Origin: Deltaproteobacteria bacterium
GTDB taxonomy: Bacteria; Desulfobacterota; Syntrophobacteria; BM002
Direction of reading: 5' to 3'
DNA length: 55,762 bases
Assembly (NCBI GenBank): GCA_037384945.1
Contig: JARRNM010000019.1
Location: forward strand, 1 to 55,762
Shown: positions 50,529 through 55,762 of the stretch, in pieces
Layout: the number at the start of each line of letters is the position of its first letter
Numbering within the stretch: position 1 is the first letter of the stretch
Position numbers and translations under genes: made by a program
The notes under the pieces: generated by a model
The model's database searches: none
Told to the model about the DNA's origin: nothing
The model's input: only the letters and a program-made list of their open reading frames with translations

Positions 50529-51044
50529 TCAGGCTGAATGATAAAAGAGATAGTTGCGCCACAAATCTGGTGTATTGGAAATTCTTAGGGTTATCATTAA
50601 CATGGGATGCCAGCTTGGTCTCTTGGCCTGACCAATCAAACTCATCCTTGCCTGGGCCGGCGTACGCCCCCCCTTTTTCTTGTTGCATGGCAGACAGCAA
50701 GTCACGATGTTCTCCCAGGCCGTTTTGCCTCCCATCGCCTTGGGTATGACATGGTCGTAAGTGAGATCACGGGCGTCCTTTTTCCCGCCACAATATTGGC
50801 ATTTGTATCTGTCCCGAATATATATGTTTTCCCTAGAAAAACGGATCGTATGTTTCCGGAAGCGAACCAGGTTCAAGAGCCTAACCACAGCTGGCAGTCT
50901 GATAGCCAGGGTCACGGACCTTACCTCACGATCATAGGTCTCGAGAACCTCTACTTTGTCCAAAGTGAGAAGAGTTATCGCCCTTTTCCAGGAGATTACT
51001 CTAAGGGGTTCATAGGTGGCATTGAGCAGGAGAACTCTCTCCAT
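50529..51044 (-). CDS. HNH endonuclease (McrA-like)
   Basis: VLLLNATYEP, RDRYKCQYCG, DHVIP and WENIVTCCLPCNKKKG motifs. Confidence 0.93.
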   Translation of the reverse strand: MERVLLLNATYEPLRVISWKRAITLLTLDKVEVLETYDREVRSVTLAIRLPAVVRLLNLVRFRKHTIRFSRENIYIRDRYKCQYCGGKKDARDLTYDHVIPKAMGGKTAWENIVTCCLPCNKKKGGRTPAQARMSLIGQAKRPSWHPMLMITLRISNTPDLWRNYLFYHSA

Positions 51045-51442
51045 AAATCAGCCTGTGCGCTTCCATTCTAACGAGATAAGTGAATAATTCTATAGTCTTC
51101 CTACCATGAGAACTCAGCTATCCATTTCTCGGGGCATGGGAATTTTTACAAAAGGAACACCCCCTTTTCGAGCATGTCTTCCTCTGATTCCGTGTTTACT
51201 CCCCTAATGCTGCGTTCTTCTCCGTGGCCTAATCTCTCCGCAGCTAGGACAAGCGATCTGTCCCTGCGCCAACTGACTTTCCACGTCACCAAATCTTGTC
51301 CAGCCAACCTTCGAATCGATGATCTTCCCTGCATCGTAGATCAAATACAATCATGGCCGATTAAATCCCTCCACCCAGTGGCAGAACTCTACCACATTAT
51401 TTTGGAATAGATCAAGATCATTGAACATTTACACTTGAAGGA

Positions 51443-51567
51443 ATGGTGTGGTGGAGTCAAGCAATTTTAGATTGAAGATTTGAGATTTTAGATCTAACTA
51501 AGTTGAGAGTATTAGGTCCTAAAATCCGCAATCTACAATCTGAAATATGGGAGCTCCAGTACTCCAA
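51443..51567. repeat. Composite palindromic 8-mer/7-mer element (family D)
   Basis: ggtggagtcaagcaattttagatt ... aatctacaatctgaaat..ctccagtactcca. Confidence 0.65.
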
Positions 51568-51755
51568 GACAGCCCGTCAGCCTTACCTGTGAAGCCATGG
51601 AAGGCTGGCCTGACCGCGTGACCTTATTTCCTAGCTTAGAATGAAAAGGTTTGTCAACTTGAGCGTCCTAAAGTAGTATGCTGCCCACCAATATCTAGAT
51701 CGGTTGTTTAACTTAGCCAGTACCTGTGGTGAAATATCCGGATTAGGGGGAAATC

Positions 51756-52568
51756 ATGAAGAAGGAACTGGTGGAAACGGCTGTAAAATGCGTAAGAGAG
51801 GCCGGTGCTGTTCTTCTCGATTATCACAGAAATCTTGATAGGCTACAGGTAAGAGCAAAGGGTAAGTTCGACTACGTCACTGAGGCTGACTTGGCAGCAC
51901 AGGAAGTCATTGTCAAGCTCATCCACAGCCGTCATCCTGATCATGACATACTGGCCGAAGAGGACAAGAGGAGTCCAAGCCGGAATCTGTTCCGCTGGCT
52001 GGTAGACCCACTGGACGGCACCACAAACTTCATCCACGGTTTCCCCGTGTTTGCAGTGAGCGTGGCCGTGGAATATAGAAAATCTATCGTCCTGGCCGCG
52101 GTTTACGATCCATGCCGCGAAGAGCTGTTCTTCGCTCAGGAAGGCCAAGGTGCCAGCCTCAACGGAAGATCTATTCGAGTCTCTTCCCGCCGGACTAGAA
52201 CTGAGGCCCTGGTGGCCACAGCTTTTCCCTGGAGGGAGAGAGCTCTTTTATCACGTTATCTGGAAGCATTCACTCATGTATTTACCAACGTAAGCGATAT
52301 CCGTCGAGGTGGCTCGGCAGCCCTCGATCTGGCTTATGTGGCCTGCGGCCGCTGCGAGGGCTTTTGGGAAATTGGCCTTAGCCCCTGGGATATCGCCGCT
52401 GGTCACCTCTTGGTAAAGGAAGCTGGAGGACATATCACTGATTTCAGCGGTGGGGAAAATCACATCTGGGTTGGAGACGTGATTGCTGGAAATCCGTCTA
52501 TACACGGTTTTTTGCTTGGAATTATCCAAGAGGTGTTTGGGGGAAATGTGTCTGCCCTAAAGGTCTAG
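51756..52568 (+). CDS. suhB: Inositol monophosphatase family protein
   Basis: DYVTEAD, AEE, DPLDGTTNF, GSAALDL and WDIAAG motifs. Confidence 0.92.
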   Translation: MKKELVETAVKCVREAGAVLLDYHRNLDRLQVRAKGKFDYVTEADLAAQEVIVKLIHSRHPDHDILAEEDKRSPSRNLFRWLVDPLDGTTNFIHGFPVFAVSVAVEYRKSIVLAAVYDPCREELFFAQEGQGASLNGRSIRVSSRRTRTEALVATAFPWRERALLSRYLEAFTHVFTNVSDIRRGGSAALDLAYVACGRCEGFWEIGLSPWDIAAGHLLVKEAGGHITDFSGGENHIWVGDVIAGNPSIHGFLLGIIQEVFGGNVSALKV

Positions 52569-52599
52569 TACTCCCCCGCTGCCGGCAGACATAAGTATA

Positions 52600-53046
52600 C
52601 AGGAGTTCCCCCAATAATAAGCAGACCATTCTTATACTCTCTGTTCAGTTGGCAGTGTGCACTTGTGAGTAAATGAAAATGGCCTTTGCTAATGTCTCTT
52701 CTGTCGTTCACTCCGGGGCGTAGGCCCCTATGGGCCGGAGGCCGGGGCTCACTTCTAGCCCGGGTGTACCCAGCCGCCTTTGCCCTAAGACAGGGAAAGC
52801 TCTTCTGCAGAGTTCCCCCTGTCACCTCCTCGTTAGGAATAGACATCAGCAAAGCCCAAAAGGGGAAGCTGCGAAACAACGAACATCTGAGCAACCGATC
52901 TTCACTCTCTCAGCCTAACGAGGGTCTGCATGAAGATATGGTGCTCACTGAGCAGGAACCCTGCCAATAGATGGAGCGAATCATGTCCGTTGTGGAGTAG
53001 CTTCCCCGTGGCCTATGTCTCTAGAACATTTTTAGGGAAAGTCCTG
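52600..53046. mobile_element. MITE family C, copy 3
   Basis: CAGGAGTTCCCCCAATAAT...ATTTTTAGGGAAAGTCCTG ends; shared core at about 52840-53030. Confidence 0.85.
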
Positions 53047-53126
53047 ATAAGTATACCATTGCCCAGCCACGGCCATGTATATAGAATAAACGGTTAGAGA
53101 CCAAAGACTCAAGGAGATTTACGACG

Positions 53127-53495
53127 ATGATCAACTTGCCAGAAGGACTGTACGAGGTTGACCAGGCTTACCTGGTGGATGCTGATACGAACTCCAGCCG
53201 GTTGCCGCTCAGAGATGCCACTTTCGAAGTGTGGTCGGATAAAAAAAGGAAAAAACAGATAAGGGGACGAGCTTTTATTAGAAACCTACAATTTGCTGAG
53301 ATGTTGGCTGAAACCGAAAGTGTAGATTTGCTAATTTGTTTTTTCGAGGACTACTTCCTTTGGCTCAGAGATCCAGTGATCCAGGTGGGTAAAGTATTCG
53401 AACCCAATACAGAGTCATCGCTGATATTTAGTATCGGTGAAGCAGTCTCATTAATCTCCAAAGAGAAATTCCTCCAGCTCACGGGCCTTGGATAA
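53127..53495 (+). CDS. Hypothetical protein
   Basis: RBS AAGGAG; globular-looking ORF. Confidence 0.7.
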   Translation: MINLPEGLYEVDQAYLVDADTNSSRLPLRDATFEVWSDKKRKKQIRGRAFIRNLQFAEMLAETESVDLLICFFEDYFLWLRDPVIQVGKVFEPNTESSLIFSIGEAVSLISKEKFLQLTGLG

Positions 53496-53509
53496 GTAGG
53501 CACTAAGCA

Positions 53510-54046
53510 CTAGGCACCGAGGATCTTCTTTGCAGTCTCCTCGAAAATCTTCAGCGACTCCTCGCCCCAGAGGCAAAAAACTACTTCTTCCAGGGAGGTC
53601 TCCTCTTCTTTCAGGGTTGCAACCACAGTTGTCAGCATGATCCTGGCGCAGCGCTCTTTGGGAAAACCAAATATTCCCGTGCTAATTGCCGGGAAGGCTA
53701 TGCTCGACAATCCCTTCTCTTTGGCGATATTCAAACTATTCCGGGTAGCATCCGCTAATTTCTTATCCTCATCACCTTCCCCCATACGTGGACCTACTGC
53801 GTGGATCACGAAGCTCGCCTTAAGGTTTCCTCCGGTGGTTATCGCAGCTCCCCCCACCGCAGCACCACCTATGAGGTTACATTGCTCCTGAATGCTGGGG
53901 CCGCCCTTGTGGCGTATAGCTCCAGCCACACCTGCACCCAGAACCAGATTCTGGTTGGCCGCGTTAACTATGGCATCTGTATCCATCTCGGTAATATCAC
54001 CCTGCAAGAGTATTAGCTCCCTGCCCTCTATAGTCCACTTCATCAT
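53510..54046 (-). CDS. Macro domain protein (O-acetyl-ADP-ribose deacetylase-like)
   Basis: GDIT, DAIVNAAN, GAGVAGAI, IHAVGP and FPAISTGIFGFP motifs. Confidence 0.93.
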   Translation of the reverse strand: MMKWTIEGRELILLQGDITEMDTDAIVNAANQNLVLGAGVAGAIRHKGGPSIQEQCNLIGGAAVGGAAITTGGNLKASFVIHAVGPRMGEGDEDKKLADATRNSLNIAKEKGLSSIAFPAISTGIFGFPKERCARIMLTTVVATLKEEETSLEEVVFCLWGEESLKIFEETAKKILGA

Positions 54047-54131
54047 TGCCTCCTAATTGCAACCATTTCGGCCTAGCCGCTTGAGTTGCTCATTGGATAT
54101 ATCCCCTGGAAATACACGAGGCCATGGAATC

Positions 54132-54713
54132 TCAGAAGGGAAAAAATACCTGTACTAATAAGCTTATAATAACAGAAATCGTGAGCAATGCACCTATAAC
54201 TACCAGCAGAGCCTGTCCAATGCTGGTTTTATGAACAATGCTCAGTCCCAGAGCAGAGAGGTAAATTTCGTAGCACTGAAAGAGGAGAATCACCAGGAAA
54301 GCCGGAATCCAGGCGAAAAGGTTGACTGCACTAGCATAGCAGATCACCCTGAAAGTAGCCTCGTATGTCCCACCAGAGCGCAACAATTTGGTGAAAAGGA
54401 AGTTAAGAACTGCAGCACTGACAAAGGGCATCCATATCGCCACAAACATCACCAACAAAACCCAGGGAGAAATACCCCCTGCCATGGCCAGGGTAAGGCA
54501 AATGGAGATAACAAATGAAAGGGTGCTGCAGAAAAGGAAAAAGACATAGGGTCCTACCAGGCCACCCTCCACCGGCATGCTCGGGAAGAATTTACGAGGG
54601 CTCAAAAGTATTGCCTTTGCTGTCTCCAGGAACCCCTTTAATAATCCCCTCGCCGAAAGCTCGGGTTGGACGGGGTCCGGCAGGCCAGGGTCAAAGGACC
54701 CGTCGTTTTCCAT
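54132..54713 (-). CDS. Yip1-domain membrane protein
   Basis: LLSPRKFF and GTYEATFRVICY motifs, about 5 TM. The true start is ATG 54713; the longer ORF overlaps a tRNA. Confidence 0.8.
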   Translation of the reverse strand: MENDGSFDPGLPDPVQPELSARGLLKGFLETAKAILLSPRKFFPSMPVEGGLVGPYVFFLFCSTLSFVISICLTLAMAGGISPWVLLVMFVAIWMPFVSAAVLNFLFTKLLRSGGTYEATFRVICYASAVNLFAWIPAFLVILLFQCYEIYLSALGLSIVHKTSIGQALLVVIGALLTISVIISLLVQVFFPF

Positions 54714-54768
54714 TGTTCGCCCTTCTGACGCCACAAATCTGCAGCCAACCAAGGTAGTATCTAGTGAA

Positions 54769-54800
54769 AAGGGGTTAGGTTCTAGCTTACCTAACCCCTT
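54769..54800 (-). terminator. Terminator hairpin after tRNA-Cys
   Basis: AAGGGGTTAGGT...ACCTAACCCCTT. Confidence 0.75.
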
Positions 54801-54808
54801 GAGTTCAT

Positions 54809-54884
54809 TGGAGGCGGCACCCGGATTCGAACCGGGGAATAACGGTTTTGCAGACCGTTGCCTTAGCCACTTGGCCATGCCGCC
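54809..54884 (-). tRNA. tRNA-Cys(GCA)
   Basis: GGCGGCA acceptor, ACGGT-CTGCAAA-ACCGT anticodon arm, TTCGAAT T-loop, CCA. Confidence 0.96.
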
Positions 54885-55129
54885 TTTTCAATCATTACTA
54901 ACAGTTAGCTGATTCACTGTCAAGATCTTTTGCGGTTGCAAGAAGCAGGACGGATAGGCCAGAGCCCCTTCAAAGTAAACCACAGAGAAATAAAATTGCA
55001 GATTGCAGCTTTCGTCAATCTACAATCTTAATTCTAAAATCTCCAATTTCTCTGTGGTTTCCACCCGCCATTTCGTTATTGATCTGACGCTTGCTGCCGT
55101 GCTATAAGATGGCTCTACAATATAGCAAG

Positions 55130-55205
55130 GCGGGAGTAGCTCAATTGGCAGAGCATCAGCCTTCCAAGCTGAGGGTTGCGGGTTCGAAACCCGTCTCCCG
55201 CTCCA
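55130..55205 (+). tRNA. tRNA-Gly(TCC)
   Basis: GCGGGAG acceptor, TCAGC-CTTCCAA-GCTGA anticodon arm, TTCGAAA T-loop, CCA. Confidence 0.96.
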
Positions 55206-55213
55206 GCGAATCC

Positions 55214-55249
55214 AGGGACTTAGAGGCTACATCTAAGTCCCTTTCTTTT
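55214..55249 (+). terminator. Terminator after tRNA-Gly
   Basis: AGGGACTTAGA...TCTAAGTCCCT followed by a T-rich tail. Confidence 0.78.
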
Positions 55250-55299
55250 CTGCCTATGGCCCATCATTGAAAGAGTTCAATGTATAGCAGGGGGAAAGG

Positions 55300-55762
55300 T
55301 TGACTCGGAAGTCTGATCCCTTGAATAAGGCATTAAGGTACCGCTGGCTTATCTTCTGGATTCTTGCATTCAGCTATGTCTTGGTTTATTTCCACCGTCT
55401 CTGCCCTGCGGTAGTAGCCGTGGACATGATGGATGACCTCCAGGCCTCCGGCGCCCTCCTCGGTCTGCTGAGTTCGGCCTATTTTTATCCCTATGCCCTG
55501 ATGCAACTTCCCGCCGGTCTTCTCTCGGATTCATGGGGCCCCAGACGCTCCATTTCTCTGTTTTTCATTGTGGCCTTTATCGGCTCCGTTATGCTAGGCA
55601 TGGCTCAATCTGTGCCCTTGGCCCTGGCTGGCCGCACCCTTGTAGGACTGGGCGTCGCCATGCTTTTCGTGCCTACCATGAAAATACTGGCAGAGTGGTT
55701 TCGGATTAAGGAGTTCGCCACTATGACCGCCATTCTCATGGTCATGGGCGGACTTGGTTCCC
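55300..55762 (+). CDS. MFS transporter, N-terminal part (runs off the window edge)
   Basis: Not in the ORF track. YRWLIFWILAFSYVLVYFHR...YFYPYALMQLPAGLLSDSWGPRR (MFS motif A). TTG start is uncertain. Confidence 0.88.
   Translation, partial: MTRKSDPLNKALRYRWLIFWILAFSYVLVYFHRLCPAVVAVDMMDDLQASGALLGLLSSAYFYPYALMQLPAGLLSDSWGPRRSISLFFIVAFIGSVMLGMAQSVPLALAGRTLVGLGVAMLFVPTMKILAEWFRIKEFATMTAILMVMGGLGS

Noticed and set aside
50529-51044. HNH nuclease as a homing element or defence system
   Set aside because: It is a widespread stand-alone McrA-like type, with no intron, methylase or repeat context.
54714-54878. N-terminal extension of the Yip1 ORF
   Set aside because: It overlaps tRNA-Cys and its terminator.

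Overview
About 55.8 kb of chromosome from an anaerobic, selenocysteine-using bacterium. Gene content points to Desulfobacterota/Deltaproteobacteria (inference). It carries housekeeping and redox genes: aconitase, a Sec-containing Tat-exported formate dehydrogenase fdhAB plus fdhE, a Sec-containing TlpA/redoxin next to a peroxiredoxin, a sigma54 PAS-regulator-linked rubredoxin/rubrerythrin/ferritin cluster, three PilZ proteins, a REC-PAS-Ser/Thr kinase and tRNA-Leu/Cys/Gly. The most notable observations are: (1) an unannotated candidate selenoprotein (43324-43668) whose UGA is followed by a hairpin with the same CGGGT loop at the same +25 offset as the redoxin's SECIS; (2) a MoxR AAA+ / GXGXG beta-helix / pseudo-peptidase-vWA operon; (3) three MITE-like families (10 copies) that grow by nested insertion of shared palindromic modules; (4) ordered mosaics of 7-9 bp microsatellites that behave like a dispersed element; (5) three genes broken by apparent deletions. 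No CRISPR array, transposase, integrase or rRNA was seen. All family assignments come from motif recognition, not from database searches.
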